Positions 1 to 9,904 of a DNA stretch of 64,000 nt are shown piece after piece (within the stretch, counting starts at the first letter, position 1; each line of letters opens with the position of its first letter). The position numbers were made by a program, and so were the translations under genes. The DNA lies in assembly GCA_947467605.1 (NCBI GenBank), contig CANIII010000003.1, positions 74,154-138,153 on the forward strand. The letters run 5' to 3'. The notes below the pieces were generated by a model. It was not told where the DNA came from and did not search any database. It was given only the letters and a program-made list of their open reading frames with translations. The stretch comes from Acidobacteriota bacterium (lineage in GTDB: Bacteria > Acidobacteriota > Vicinamibacteria > Vicinamibacterales > SCN-69-37).

Positions 1-1103
1 GCCGACGGCAATCGAAAACCGTAGTCCACAAGCACCGTCTTGCGCGCGCGGTCGCCGGCATACATCCCGCGGATCTGCGGCACCGTCTGATGGCTCTCAT
101 CGATGATCGTGATGGCATCGTCTGGCAGGTAGTCGAGCAGCGTCGGCGGCGGCTCGCCCGCTGCGCGGCCGGAGAAATGCCTCGAGTAGTTCTCGATGCC
201 GTGGCAGTAGCCGATCTCTTTCATCATCTCGAGATCGAACATCGTGCGCTGATGCAGCCGGCCCGCTTCTTCCTTCTTCCCGGCGTGCTCCAGGACCTGC
301 AGTCGCTCCTCGAGCTCCGTTTTGATGGTCTCGACGGCAGCGACCGCGCGTGCGCGCGGCATGACGAAGTGCGACTTCGGATACACGGCCAACTTGTCGT
401 GGCGCCTGAGGACCTTGCCGGTCAGCGGATCGAACGTGACCAACTCGTCGACTTCGTCGCCGAAGAGCCCGATGCGCACGGCCATCTCCTCGTACGACGG
501 GTAGACCTCCACAATGTCCCCGCGTACGCGGAATGTGCCGCGCTTGAAGTCATAGTCGTTGCGTTCGTACTGAATCTCGACGAGCTTGCGCAGAATCTGC
601 TCGCGATCAATCCGCTGCCCCTTGGCCAACTCAAGCACGAGACCGTAGTAGGCCTCCGGCGAGCCGAGGCCATAGATGCACGACACGCTGGAAACGATGA
701 TGACGTCGCGTCGCTCAAAGAGCGACCGCGTCGCGGAGAGGCGCAGTCGATCGATCTCTTCGTTGATGATCGATTCCTTCTCGATGTACGTGCCCGTGGC
801 CGGCATGTAGGCTTCCGGCTGGTAGTAGTCGTAGTAGCTGACGAAATACTCGACGGCGTTGTGTGGGAAGAAGCGGCGGAATTCCTGAAAGAGCTGCGCC
901 GCCAGCGTCTTGTTATGCACCATCACCAGCGCGGGGCGCTGGAGGCGCTGAATCACCTGCGCCATCGTGAAGGTTTTACCGGAGCCGGTCACGCCTAGTA
1001 GCACCTGTGCGCGGTCACCCCGCTCCAGGCCTTCGGTCAGTTGCTCGATGGCGCGGGGCTGATCACCGCGCAGTTCGAAGTCGCTCTGCAGGTCGAAAGA
1101 CAC
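1..1103 (-). CDS. uvrB: excinuclease ABC subunit B (UvrB), N-terminal ~367 aa; C-terminus lies beyond the left window edge
   Basis: Not in ORF track because it runs off the edge. Manual minus-strand translation from GTG 1103 gives [49 protein letters not shown] (Walker A) and later [14 protein letters not shown], both UvrB hallmarks. The + ORF 90..998 is its antisense shadow. Confidence 0.9.
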   Translation of the reverse strand, partial: MSFDLQSDFELRGDQPRAIEQLTEGLERGDRAQVLLGVTGSGKTFTMAQVIQRLQRPALVMVHNKTLAAQLFQEFRRFFPHNAVEYFVSYYDYYQPEAYMPATGTYIEKESIINEEIDRLRLSATRSLFERRDVIIVSSVSCIYGLGSPEAYYGLVLELAKGQRIDREQILRKLVEIQYERNDYDFKRGTFRVRGDIVEVYPSYEEMAVRIGLFGDEVDELVTFDPLTGKVLRRHDKLAVYPKSHFVMPRARAVAAVETIKTELEERLQVLEHAGKKEEAGRLHQRTMFDLEMMKEIGYCHGIENYSRHFSGRAAGEPPPTLLDYLPDDAITIIDESHQTVPQIRGMYAGDRARKTVLVDYGFRLPS

Positions 1104-1158
1104 AACAGAGCAATCGTACTCCACGGTCTGGGGGGCGGCTGTGTGCACTATTCGACAG

Positions 1159-1193
1159 TCGTAGGGCGGCGTGGTCCTGAACGCCGCCTACGA
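1159..1193 (-). terminator. GC-rich hairpin downstream of the VWA gene (possible terminator; no clear U-tract)
   Basis: tcgtagGgcggcg-N10-cgccgcctacga, 12-bp stem with one bulge, 9 nt after the stop at 1202. It also lies in the uvrB upstream region. Confidence 0.3.
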
Positions 1194-1201
1194 TCAGTGT
1201 C

Positions 1202-2125
1202 TCATTTCGCCGCGTAATACCCCGGTCGGGCGCGCACTTTGGCCTTGGCGGCGTCGGGGCGCGTCACCTTCACCTCGATCTTCCGAAACGTCCCGTCGTC
1301 CTTGGGGTTGCTCGACAGATAGCCGAGCGTGTAGCGCGAGGTCAGTTCGTCAAGAATCTTGGCGTAAATGGCATTGAGGTCGCGTGCATCCTCAGGGAAG
1401 AACGCGTCGCCGCCGGTGTCGCGCGCCAGCGTCGTCAGCTGCATCTGTGGCAGTCCCATGCGCGACTGCCGATCGAGATAGCCAATCGAATAGACCAACA
1501 CGTCGTCCTGCTTGAGCAGTTTCTCGAGTTGACCGAAGTTGAGCGCGCTGGTGGAGTCGCCACCGTCGGTATAGAGCAGCAGCACGCGCTGGCCGTCCTG
1601 GTCGTTGGTCGACTGCAGATACATCGCAATCGCGTCATAGAGCGCGGTGTTGCCACTCGCCCGCTTCGAACGGATTCGCTCGAACATCCGGGGGTAGTCG
1701 TTCGCGCCGAATCGCGCCACGCGCACCGTGTGATCGAAGTCTACCAGGGTCGTATCCTGGGCCTCCTCCAACGCATTCACGAAACGAATCGCCGCCGTGG
1801 CGGCCTGGGCCAGGGGCAGCGCCATGCTTTCGCTGACGTCGAGCAAGAGCCCGACGTGGAGCGGCAGCTTCTGCCCCGACGCACCTTCTGTGAAGAACTG
1901 CACCTCCTGCCGGACGCCGTTCTCGGTCAGTTGAAAATCATTCTGGGTCAGCCCTCGGACGAGGGCCCCTTCCTTGGCAGTGACGACCACCGGCACGTGC
2001 ACCAGATTGACGCCGCTTCTGAAGGTTTGCTGCGCCGCGGATAGCCCCACCACGACCAGGCCGGCCACAGTCAACGGGAGACAGCGACGAAAACGAAGGG
2101 ACATCAGGGACTCTTCGCGCATCAT
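1202..2125 (-). CDS. secreted VWA domain-containing protein (acidobacterial VWFA-related type)
   Basis: Signal-like N-terminus, then QQTFRSGVNLVHVPVVVT..G..V.GL...DF.L.ENG..Q, typical of TIGR03436-type proteins. DxSxS-like MIDAS region (LLLDVSESM). True start may be Met at 2104 (MSLRF..). Confidence 0.75.
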   Translation of the reverse strand: MMREESLMSLRFRRCLPLTVAGLVVVGLSAAQQTFRSGVNLVHVPVVVTAKEGALVRGLTQNDFQLTENGVRQEVQFFTEGASGQKLPLHVGLLLDVSESMALPLAQAATAAIRFVNALEEAQDTTLVDFDHTVRVARFGANDYPRMFERIRSKRASGNTALYDAIAMYLQSTNDQDGQRVLLLYTDGGDSTSALNFGQLEKLLKQDDVLVYSIGYLDRQSRMGLPQMQLTTLARDTGGDAFFPEDARDLNAIYAKILDELTSRYTLGYLSSNPKDDGTFRKIEVKVTRPDAAKAKVRARPGYYAAK

Positions 2126-2191
2126 ATACTCAGGAGTTAGCGCGCTCGTGACGGTCGTTGTGAGGCGCCATGCTGTGGGAGTTTACATACC

Positions 2192-3601
2192 TTGCGCGCA
2201 CTAGCCGTCTGTCAGGACGAGCTGGTTATTCGGACGTTGCACCCGATTCTGTCGGGCGCCTTCGAGGTCGAGTTCCTCGTCGAAAGCCGTCCGCTCGCCC
2301 GACGTCTCGCTGACGACGGCATCCCGGCCACCGTCGCGGACCCGAAGAAGCTCGATACCTACGTTCGCAACGACCTCACCGCTTCCACGCTCGTCATCGT
2401 CGAAGACGACGGCAAGAAGAGCCTGAAGAAAATCGTGACCACGATTCGCGATGCCGGCGGATCGCTGCTCTACGTCCTGCACGTCGGCGCGAAACCCGCG
2501 ACCGGTCGCCGAACGCACGACGACCTCAAGGCGATCGTCCCCGAGCTGACCCATCTCGACTTCTCAGAACTGCTCGCGGGCGCGCTCACCACCGAATTGA
2601 GCCGGTCGCTGACGCGCATGCGCGTGCAGCAATACCAGCGCTACATGGCCGACGCCGGTCGCGTGCTGATCCTCCTGCACAACGACCCCGATCCCGACGC
2701 GCTCGCGGCGGGTCTGGCGATGCGCAACGTCCTGCGCCGCACCAAGACGACGGCCATCATCGGCGCGCTGCAAGGCGTGACGCGTCCGGAAAATCTGCGA
2801 ATGGTCGACATGCTCGACATTCACTTCGAGATCATCACGCCGGAGCACTTCGCCGACTACGACCGGATCGTGACCGTCGACGTGCAGCCACACTACTTCG
2901 GCGGTCTGCTCCCGCGCGTGGATCTCGTCGTGGACCACCATCCCGAGCAGCCCGGCTACACGGCGGTGTTCAAAGACATCCGCGCCGACTACGGCTCCAC
3001 GTGTACGATCCTGACCGAGCACCTGCGCGCGGTCGATATCGACATCTCGGAACGCACGGCCACGGCCATGCTTTACGCGATCAAGAGCGACACGCTCTTC
3101 TTCGCACGCCACACGAACCGCGTCGACCTCGAAGCGTTCACGTATCTCTATCCGCTCGCGGACGCCGCGCTGATTCGCAAGATGGAAGGTGCGGAAATTA
3201 CGACCGAGCGCCTCGAGCACGTCACGCGCGCGCTCCACACGAGCGTGCACAAGAACCAGGTCTTCTCCGCCTACCTCGGCGAAACCGCGCGTGAAGACTT
3301 CATCCCCTACACGGCCGACTTCTTCCTCCAGCTCGAAGACGTGAAGTGGACGATGATCTCGGGTGTCGTAAATGGGCAATTCATCCTGAGCGTGCGCAAC
3401 CTCGGCTACTCACGCAACGCCGGCGAATTCGTGAAGAAGCACTTCAGCAGCATCGGCAGCGCCGGTGGCCACCGCGCCATGGCCAAGGCGGTCGTGCCCA
3501 TCGCCAAGTTTCGAGAGAAGTTCGGCGACCTCAGCGGCATCGGCATCGCCGCCCGCATCGGGGAATTGGCCGAGCAATTCCTGCAGGAAAAACAACCCTA
3601 A
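2192..3601 (+). CDS. DHH/DHHA1 family phosphoesterase (NrnA-like) with ~150-aa N-terminal Rossmann-like domain
   Basis: DPDPDALAAG, VVDHHP (DHH motif) and C-terminal GSAGGHRAMAKA (DHHA1 GGGH-type motif). TTG start at 2192. Confidence 0.75.
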   Translation: MRALAVCQDELVIRTLHPILSGAFEVEFLVESRPLARRLADDGIPATVADPKKLDTYVRNDLTASTLVIVEDDGKKSLKKIVTTIRDAGGSLLYVLHVGAKPATGRRTHDDLKAIVPELTHLDFSELLAGALTTELSRSLTRMRVQQYQRYMADAGRVLILLHNDPDPDALAAGLAMRNVLRRTKTTAIIGALQGVTRPENLRMVDMLDIHFEIITPEHFADYDRIVTVDVQPHYFGGLLPRVDLVVDHHPEQPGYTAVFKDIRADYGSTCTILTEHLRAVDIDISERTATAMLYAIKSDTLFFARHTNRVDLEAFTYLYPLADAALIRKMEGAEITTERLEHVTRALHTSVHKNQVFSAYLGETAREDFIPYTADFFLQLEDVKWTMISGVVNGQFILSVRNLGYSRNAGEFVKKHFSSIGSAGGHRAMAKAVVPIAKFREKFGDLSGIGIAARIGELAEQFLQEKQP

Positions 3602-4773
3602 GACAGCGCCTGATCCAGATCCGCGATCAGGTCATCGATGTGTTCGATGCCCACGGACAACCGCACCATGCCGCGCGTGACGCCGGCGGCTTTCAGTTCG
3701 TCGTCGCTGTACCCCCACTGCGATGTCAGGACCGGGAGGCTGACGATGCTGTCGACGCCGCCGAGGCTGGCGGCGCGTTTGAAGACTTCAATACGGTCGA
3801 AGAAACGTGACGCGCCCGCGTAGCCGGATTTCACGTCGAAGGTGACCATGCCGCCGAAGCCGCGCATTTGCTTCTGGGCGATCGCGTAGTCGGGATGGGA
3901 CGGCAGGCCAGGATAGAACACGCGGCTGACGGCCGGGTGCGCTTCGAGGAATTTCGCGACCGCCATGCCGTTCGCGTTGTGTCGCTCCATGCGCACGCCG
4001 AGTGTCTTGATGCCGCGCGCGACCATCGCCGCGGCGTGCGGGTCGAGCATGCCGCCGAGGAGTTTGCGCGCCGGGTGCAGGGTCTTGATCAGCGCCTCGC
4101 TGCCAATGAGTGTGCCGGCCGTGATGTCGCTGTGTCCGTTCAGGTATTTCGTCGCCGAGTGCATGACGAGGTCGACGCCGAGTGCGAGCGGCGACTGATT
4201 GATCGGACTGGCAAATGTGCTGTCGATCACGGTCAGGACGCCGCGGGCGCGGCACGCGGACGCCACGGCCGCGATGTCGAGGCAGCGCAACGTCGGATTG
4301 ATCGGCGTCTCGAACCAGACCAGCTTCGTTTTGTCGGTGAGCAAGGCGGCTGGCCGTTGGAACCGATCGAGAGGCTCATACCGCACCACGACGCCGAACT
4401 TCTCGAGGAAGTCGCGAATCAGATGCATCGTGCCGCCGTAGATGGCCGCACTGGCGACGAGTTCGTCTCCCGCGCGCAGCAGACCAAACAGCGCCGTGCT
4501 GATCGCGGCCATGCCCGATGACAACAGCAACGCACTTTCCGCGCCTTCCACGGCCGCGATCTTCTGCTCGGCGGCGCGGATCGTCGGATTGCCATAGCGC
4601 GAGTAGATGTCTTTGTTGGACGTCCCCGCCTGGTAGTCTTCGAGTTGCTTCGTATTGTCGAAGAGGAACGTGCTCGTCTGATAGATCGGCGTCACGAGCG
4701 GTGTCGCCAGCGGATCCGCACCTTCGGCGCGATGAATGGCCTCGGTATCTCGGTGCTTCGTCGTCTTTGCCAT
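3598..4773 (-). CDS. PLP-dependent trans-sulfuration enzyme (cystathionine gamma-synthase / beta-lyase / methionine gamma-lyase family)
   Basis: Cys/Met-metabolism family signature around the PLP lysine (HSATKYLNGHSD); 391 aa; N-terminal YSRYGNPT motif. Confidence 0.85.
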   Translation of the reverse strand: MAKTTKHRDTEAIHRAEGADPLATPLVTPIYQTSTFLFDNTKQLEDYQAGTSNKDIYSRYGNPTIRAAEQKIAAVEGAESALLLSSGMAAISTALFGLLRAGDELVASAAIYGGTMHLIRDFLEKFGVVVRYEPLDRFQRPAALLTDKTKLVWFETPINPTLRCLDIAAVASACRARGVLTVIDSTFASPINQSPLALGVDLVMHSATKYLNGHSDITAGTLIGSEALIKTLHPARKLLGGMLDPHAAAMVARGIKTLGVRMERHNANGMAVAKFLEAHPAVSRVFYPGLPSHPDYAIAQKQMRGFGGMVTFDVKSGYAGASRFFDRIEVFKRAASLGGVDSIVSLPVLTSQWGYSDDELKAAGVTRGMVRLSVGIEHIDDLIADLDQALS

Positions 4774-4784
4774 GACCTGCCCTC

Positions 4785-6185
4785 TTACAACACGTCCTGC
4801 CGTTCGCCGCTGGCGACGACTGGCTCAATGAACAGCCGATACGCATCGTCGTAGCCCTGCTGCTGCAGATCGGCGATGGTGCGCGCGCGGTCAGATCGTT
4901 CGTCGTACGTCCCGGCAAACTGAAAAGGCCCGATCGGATTGTGCGCCGGGCGAATCACGAAGACACCCGAGAATCGCGCCATCGATTGCGCGACGGCGTC
5001 GTCGAGGACCGCCGTCTCCACCGAACGCTGCCACTCACCGGCCCGGCCGCGCACATCGCCCGGCTGCGGACCGAGCGCGTGCGGCAGCCCTGCCGGCGGC
5101 GCGGCCGTGATGAAGATGACTTGCTCGGCACCGAGGCCGATCGCTTCTTCGACCAGGCGATGCACCAGTTCCGGCCGGTCGCACAAACGATGCGTTTCGC
5201 CCTGCCAGTAGTGGTCCACTGGAAAGATGACCGCCTGACCGGCCGTTGCGCCGGCCAGATGCAGTGCGCCCGCGACCACATCCGCCACCTGATCGCGCAT
5301 CGTTGTGGTCAGATCAATCGCTTCCGCCTCGCGTGCGCCACCGACGGCACGCTTCGCCGCAAAGAGCGAGAGCCGCGCTTCGGGCAGGACCGCGAGCGTC
5401 AGATCGCGTCGGGAGTCGAGGTCATGAACGCCAAGCACCACGTCGCAGAAGCCCGGCTGGCCAAAGTTCTCCGTGAGCAGATCCACATAGTGACGGCCAA
5501 TCTCTGCCGACACGGGCATCGGCTCGGTCGATGCGCCCCGGACCAACGTCCACACGGCGGTTGTGAGCGTGCGCACCGGTTCGCTGGCGTCGATTGGCGC
5601 CCCGAACAACTGCCACCACACCGCGCCGGTCACACGTCGACGGGATGTGCGCATCTGGCGCGCGCGCCACCAGGCGCCCACCAGCACCGCACCGGTGGCC
5701 AGCATGCAGAGCACCATCAGCCGCGGAATCACGGTGGGCAGAATCGGCGGATGAAAGAGGAGATCGAGCACCACCGTGTAGACGTGCATCAGTTCGACGC
5801 CGACCGTCGTCAGGTTCACGAGTGACGCGAGCAAGCTCACGCCGTAGATACCCGCGGCCACGACGAGCACGATCAACGGCAGCAGCAGTGAGGCGAGCGC
5901 GATGGCGATGCCGGTACCGGCGATGCGCAGACCCAGTCGCCAGCGGTAGGCCCGACCAAGTGAGGGTGACGACCACGGACCGGCCGCGTCGCCGATGCGT
6001 GCGGCGCCATCAACAGAGGCCATCACGGCGTTGGCGACACCGGGGCCGTGCGCAGTGATGACGTCGATCTTGACGCCGGCTTCCGTGAGTGCCCTCAGGG
6101 CACCGGCCTGATACGCGCCGGCTGTCCCCGCTCCGGTCAGCACGAGTGCGGTGCGAAGCCGGGGCGAATACGACGCGTCGGCCAC
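4785..6185 (-). CDS. patatin-like fold membrane protein with degenerate catalytic motif
   Basis: N-terminus aligns by eye to the patatin block (LVLTGAGTAGAYQAGALRALTEAGVKIDVITAHGPGVANAV), but GxSxG reads AHGPG. Three hydrophobic helices are inserted after residue ~85. GTG start 2 nt after the greA stop. Confidence 0.5.
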   Translation of the reverse strand: MADASYSPRLRTALVLTGAGTAGAYQAGALRALTEAGVKIDVITAHGPGVANAVMASVDGAARIGDAAGPWSSPSLGRAYRWRLGLRIAGTGIAIALASLLLPLIVLVVAAGIYGVSLLASLVNLTTVGVELMHVYTVVLDLLFHPPILPTVIPRLMVLCMLATGAVLVGAWWRARQMRTSRRRVTGAVWWQLFGAPIDASEPVRTLTTAVWTLVRGASTEPMPVSAEIGRHYVDLLTENFGQPGFCDVVLGVHDLDSRRDLTLAVLPEARLSLFAAKRAVGGAREAEAIDLTTTMRDQVADVVAGALHLAGATAGQAVIFPVDHYWQGETHRLCDRPELVHRLVEEAIGLGAEQVIFITAAPPAGLPHALGPQPGDVRGRAGEWQRSVETAVLDDAVAQSMARFSGVFVIRPAHNPIGPFQFAGTYDERSDRARTIADLQQQGYDDAYRLFIEPVVASGERQDVL

Positions 6186-6187
6186 AG

Positions 6188-6658
6188 CTATTCGGCTTCT
6201 TCGTCGTGAATCGTGATCAGTTTGGAGATTTCGAATTCGCGCGTGCCGGCCGGCGTCACGACTTCAATCTCGTCGCCGGCGCCATGCCCGGAGAACGCGC
6301 GTCCGAGCGGCGATGCGACGGAGATGAGCCCTTTGTCGGGATTTGCATCTTCGGGCATCACGAGTTCGTAGATAAAGGTCTTGCCGTTCTCAACCACGGT
6401 CAGTTTCGATCCAAAGCCCGCTTTGTCCTTGGGGATGCGGTCGAGACTCATCAGCTGAATCTCGGAGACGCGCTGCCGCAGCATGCTGACGCGCGCCTGC
6501 ACGAGGGTCTGACGCTCCTTGGCGGCGTGGTACTCGGCGTTTTCCCGCAGATCGCCCAACTCACGCGCCCGCTGAATCTCCTTGGGCAGATCGTGGTTCA
6601 GTTCGCGTTCGAACGCGACAATCTCATCTTCAAAACGCTTGATTAGACGTGCCTTCAT
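6188..6658 (-). CDS. greA: transcription elongation factor GreA
   Basis: 156 aa; ELGDLRENAEYHAAKERQ coiled-coil motif and a C-terminal GreA/GreB domain. Confidence 0.93.
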   Translation of the reverse strand: MKARLIKRFEDEIVAFERELNHDLPKEIQRARELGDLRENAEYHAAKERQTLVQARVSMLRQRVSEIQLMSLDRIPKDKAGFGSKLTVVENGKTFIYELVMPEDANPDKGLISVASPLGRAFSGHGAGDEIEVVTPAGTREFEISKLITIHDEEAE

Positions 6659-6685
6659 GACGGTGACAAGAGGTTAACATGAGCC

Positions 6686-7471
6686 ATGCTCCGCCTGACG
6701 CGCCGCCAGGATGCCATCGTCGATCGTTTTCGACGCGCCGCGCGACGCGCGCCCTCGGAAGCGTGCGTCCTGCTCGATGGCGAACACTTGATCCGTGATG
6801 CCGTCGCCGCCGGCGTGCCGCTCGACATCGTCATCGCGACGCACGAGCGCTGGCAACAACTGCCGGATCTGCTCGAGGCGCTCCGCGCACAGGATCTGCC
6901 GGTGTCGCTGTACGACGCTGGCTCGACGGTGATCGAAGCCGCGAGCCCCGTGAAGACACCGAGCGGCATCGCCGCGTTGGCCCGCTGGCAACCGGCCGCA
7001 CTCGAAGACACGTTCGCGGGCACCCCACCGCTCACCGTCGCGGCGGTGGACGTACAGGACCCCGGCAATTTCGGCGCGATCATCCGCAGTGCCGACGCGC
7101 TTGGCGCCACCGGCGTGATTTCCGCCGGCGCGAGTGCTGATCCCGCAGGCTGGAAGGCCTTGCGCGGTGCGATGGGCAGTGCTTTTCGTGTGCCCGTCGC
7201 ACGGGCGATGCTCGAATCCACACTGTCGGCCGCTCGCAGCGTCGGCGCAAAGATTTATGCGGCCACCGCCGACGGCGAGCCCGTTGAGCGTTGCGATTTG
7301 ACGGGCCCGACGCTGCTGCTCCTCGGCAGCGAAGGCCTCGGGCTCCCCGACTCGGCCATCGAAGAGTCCAACGGCCGCATCGCGATTCCAATGCGCTCGG
7401 GCGTCAACTCGTTGAACGTGGCGGTGACGGCGGCGTTGCTCCTGTACGAAGCGCGCCGACAGCGCTCATGA
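6686..7471 (+). CDS. TrmH/SpoU family RNA 2'-O-methyltransferase
   Basis: SpoU motifs DVQDPGNFGAIIRSADALG, LLLGSEGLGLP, IPMRSGVNSLNVAVTAALLLYE. Confidence 0.85.
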   Translation: MLRLTRRQDAIVDRFRRAARRAPSEACVLLDGEHLIRDAVAAGVPLDIVIATHERWQQLPDLLEALRAQDLPVSLYDAGSTVIEAASPVKTPSGIAALARWQPAALEDTFAGTPPLTVAAVDVQDPGNFGAIIRSADALGATGVISAGASADPAGWKALRGAMGSAFRVPVARAMLESTLSAARSVGAKIYAATADGEPVERCDLTGPTLLLLGSEGLGLPDSAIEESNGRIAIPMRSGVNSLNVAVTAALLLYEARRQRS

Positions 7472-8805
7472 GTTCGCTCTTCGACGATCCGAGCGCGCCG
7501 CCGGCGGCCGAGTCTCTTCAAGCGGCGCCGCTCGCCGAGCGGATGCGCCCGCGCACGCTCGACGAATACGTGGGCCAGCGCCACATCATCGCGCCCGGCC
7601 GGCCACTCCGACAGGCACTCGAGCATCGCGCCGTTCACTCGCTCATCCTCTGGGGGCCACCCGGTGTCGGCAAGACCACGCTGGCACGACTGATGGCCGC
7701 GTTTGTCGGCGGCGACTTTCTGTCGTTCAGTGCTGTGATGTCGGGCATCAAGGAAATCAAAGAGGTCGTCGCCACCGCGCAGGCGAAACGTCGAGAACTC
7801 GGCCGTCAGACCGTGCTCTTTGTGGACGAAATCCATCGCTTCAACAAGAGCCAGCAAGACGCGTTTCTGCCCCATGTCGAAGCCGGGACGATCATCCTCG
7901 TCGGCGCGACGACCGAGAATCCGTCGTTTGAGGTGAACTCAGCGCTCCTTTCGCGATCGAAGGTGTACGTCCTCGAAGCACTCACACCTGATGACCTCGT
8001 CACGCTGCTCCGCCGCGCGCTCACCGATACCGAGCGGGGCCTGGGACGGCTGCAATACGAGGCCGACGATGAATCGTTGCGGGCCATTGCCGTGTATGCG
8101 AACGGCGATGCCCGCGTGGCACTGAACATCTTGCAGCAGGCCGTGGTCACACTGCCGCAAGGTCCGGCGCCACGACTGACGAATGCGCACCTCGCCTCGA
8201 TGATCGAACGACGGTCGCTGCTCTACGACAAGACCGGCGAGGAGCACTACAACCTCATCTCGGCCCTGCACAAATCGATTCGCAACAGCGACGCGGACGC
8301 CGGCATGTACTGGCTCGCCCGCATGCTCGAGTCGGGCGAAGATCCGATGTATCTGGCGCGACGCCTGGTGCGGTTGGCCTCAGAAGACATCGGCAACGCG
8401 GACCCGCGCGCGCTGCAACTCGCGATCTCCGTGAAGGACGCCGTCCACTTCCTCGGCATGCCCGAGTGCAACACGGCGCTCGCGCAGCTCGTGACTTATC
8501 TCGCGGCCGCGCCGAAGAGCAACGCGGTCTACACCGGCTACGGCGCCGCCGCCAAGGACGCCACGCAGGATTTGGCGACGCCCGTGCCGATTCACCTGCG
8601 CAACGCCCCGACGACGCTGATGAAGGACCTCGGCTACGGCAAAGACTACAAATACGCGCACGACGAAGCCGACGGCGTCTCGCAGCAGTCAGCCCTCCCC
8701 GACCACCTCGCCGACCGCCGCTACTACGAACCCACCGACCGCGGCCTCGAAGCCAACATCAAGCAGGCACTCGAACGAGCGCGCGCACTGCGCCGGCAGA
8801 CCTAA
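7468..8805 (+). CDS. rarA: replication-associated recombination protein A (AAA+ ATPase)
   Basis: LILWGPPGVGKTTLA Walker A, VLFVDEIHRFNK Walker B, MgsA C-terminal region. ORF-track start 7291 trimmed to ATG 7468, which overlaps the trmH stop as ATGA. Confidence 0.9.
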   Translation: MSSLFDDPSAPPAAESLQAAPLAERMRPRTLDEYVGQRHIIAPGRPLRQALEHRAVHSLILWGPPGVGKTTLARLMAAFVGGDFLSFSAVMSGIKEIKEVVATAQAKRRELGRQTVLFVDEIHRFNKSQQDAFLPHVEAGTIILVGATTENPSFEVNSALLSRSKVYVLEALTPDDLVTLLRRALTDTERGLGRLQYEADDESLRAIAVYANGDARVALNILQQAVVTLPQGPAPRLTNAHLASMIERRSLLYDKTGEEHYNLISALHKSIRNSDADAGMYWLARMLESGEDPMYLARRLVRLASEDIGNADPRALQLAISVKDAVHFLGMPECNTALAQLVTYLAAAPKSNAVYTGYGAAAKDATQDLATPVPIHLRNAPTTLMKDLGYGKDYKYAHDEADGVSQQSALPDHLADRRYYEPTDRGLEANIKQALERARALRRQT

Positions 8806-8856
8806 GCATCGCCGGGCACGCGGTCACTCAGCGGCGCGAGGACACGAGCGTCGGCG

Positions 8857-9876
8857 CTAATCGTCGACGGAGATGTCGGTCCAGTCGCCGAGGTCGATTT
8901 GCCGCAGTGACACCCACTCGGTCTCGCGGCCGCTGGCGAGTGCGTTGGCCAGCTCGTGTCCGACGGTGCCCTCGATCGCCTTTGCGATGGGGGCGAGCGT
9001 CTGCCACTGCACCACAAGCGGACGATTGAGGTACACCGGCGTCACGCCCGTGGGCTGTTCTCCCAACCACCGCGCCTCGATCCCCTGACTGGCGAACAGC
9101 GCCCGGAAATACTCGCGCACCGCAAACCAATCGATCGTCTCGGACGTTGGCGGCGGGGGCGGTGGTGCGGGAACGTCCGGCGCTTCCGTCAGCACGGTCA
9201 GGTCAACCGACGGCCTCGCTCTCCAGATCGTCGTCTCGGCTGTCGGCGCGGTCTTCGGTTCGGGGGGCGCGTCAGTGGAAGGACTGGCTCGGCGGCGCGG
9301 GAACATCTGGTCCTCCAACTCCGGGGCATACGTAGCCGTCGCCTCTGGATTTTGCGCGCGGAGCGCGTGCCACAACGTGGGCAGATCCACGTCAGTGATC
9401 TCGATCACCTGACCGCTCGCGTCCGAGATGATGAGGCGATGAGGGAATAGTCCCAGCTTCGCCCGCAGCACCGTGAGATGCATGCGCTGCAGCGATCCGC
9501 GGGGGATCACCAAGACCCGCGTGAGGTCGTCGCGCCAAAACGCGGCGTCCGGGGACAAGTGCACACCCAGCGTGCGGCCATTCGCAAGACCCACTTGATT
9601 GCGTCGCCAATCCCGCACGATCACGTACGCGCCTGGGATACCGACGATCAGCAGCACGACGAGCAGCGGGACCCAGTTATCCGGGCGCGAGAAGCTGCGG
9701 ACACCGGCCACAAGCAGCGCAGCCGTCACTGCGGTCACGATGGCGCCCAGTGCGCCGATCATCATCCACGGCAGACTTCGTGCACGCGGAATGTCTGGCT
9801 GTCGCCCTTCAATCCAGGCGCGCGTGTCGGCCGGCAGGTCAGTGAGTGTGAGGTGTTGGAAACGCAAGGGCGTCAT
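8857..9876 (-). CDS. hypothetical membrane protein: 2 TM helices + PH-like module + Pro-rich linker + C-terminal soluble domain
   Basis: Long ORF with coding-like composition; two clear hydrophobic helices; PPPPPP linker. Start set at ATG 9876 (ORF-track TTG 9927 would overlap the divergent gene). No family recognised. Confidence 0.5.
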   Translation of the reverse strand: MTPLRFQHLTLTDLPADTRAWIEGRQPDIPRARSLPWMMIGALGAIVTAVTAALLVAGVRSFSRPDNWVPLLVVLLIVGIPGAYVIVRDWRRNQVGLANGRTLGVHLSPDAAFWRDDLTRVLVIPRGSLQRMHLTVLRAKLGLFPHRLIISDASGQVIEITDVDLPTLWHALRAQNPEATATYAPELEDQMFPRRRASPSTDAPPEPKTAPTAETTIWRARPSVDLTVLTEAPDVPAPPPPPPTSETIDWFAVREYFRALFASQGIEARWLGEQPTGVTPVYLNRPLVVQWQTLAPIAKAIEGTVGHELANALASGRETEWVSLRQIDLGDWTDISVDD

Positions 9877-9904
9877 CGGCCTGATAGGATCGGCGACGCC
9901 GAGT

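Noticed and set aside
90-998. 302-aa plus-strand ORF at the left edge
   Set aside because: It is the antisense shadow of uvrB. The minus strand translates into unmistakable UvrB sequence, and the plus ORF is Arg/Ala/Val-rich with no motifs.
7291-7467. 5'-extended ORF-track starts (rarA 7291; also ppdK 16811, glyS 19096, era 23547, phoH 26012, 39493, msrQ 42609, 44265, SET 44804, RR 54386, CHAD 62407, 9599, 10760)
   Set aside because: The extensions overlap the preceding gene or are Arg/Pro-rich with no homology-like sequence. Internal starts give canonical family N-termini, signal peptides or stop/start coupling.
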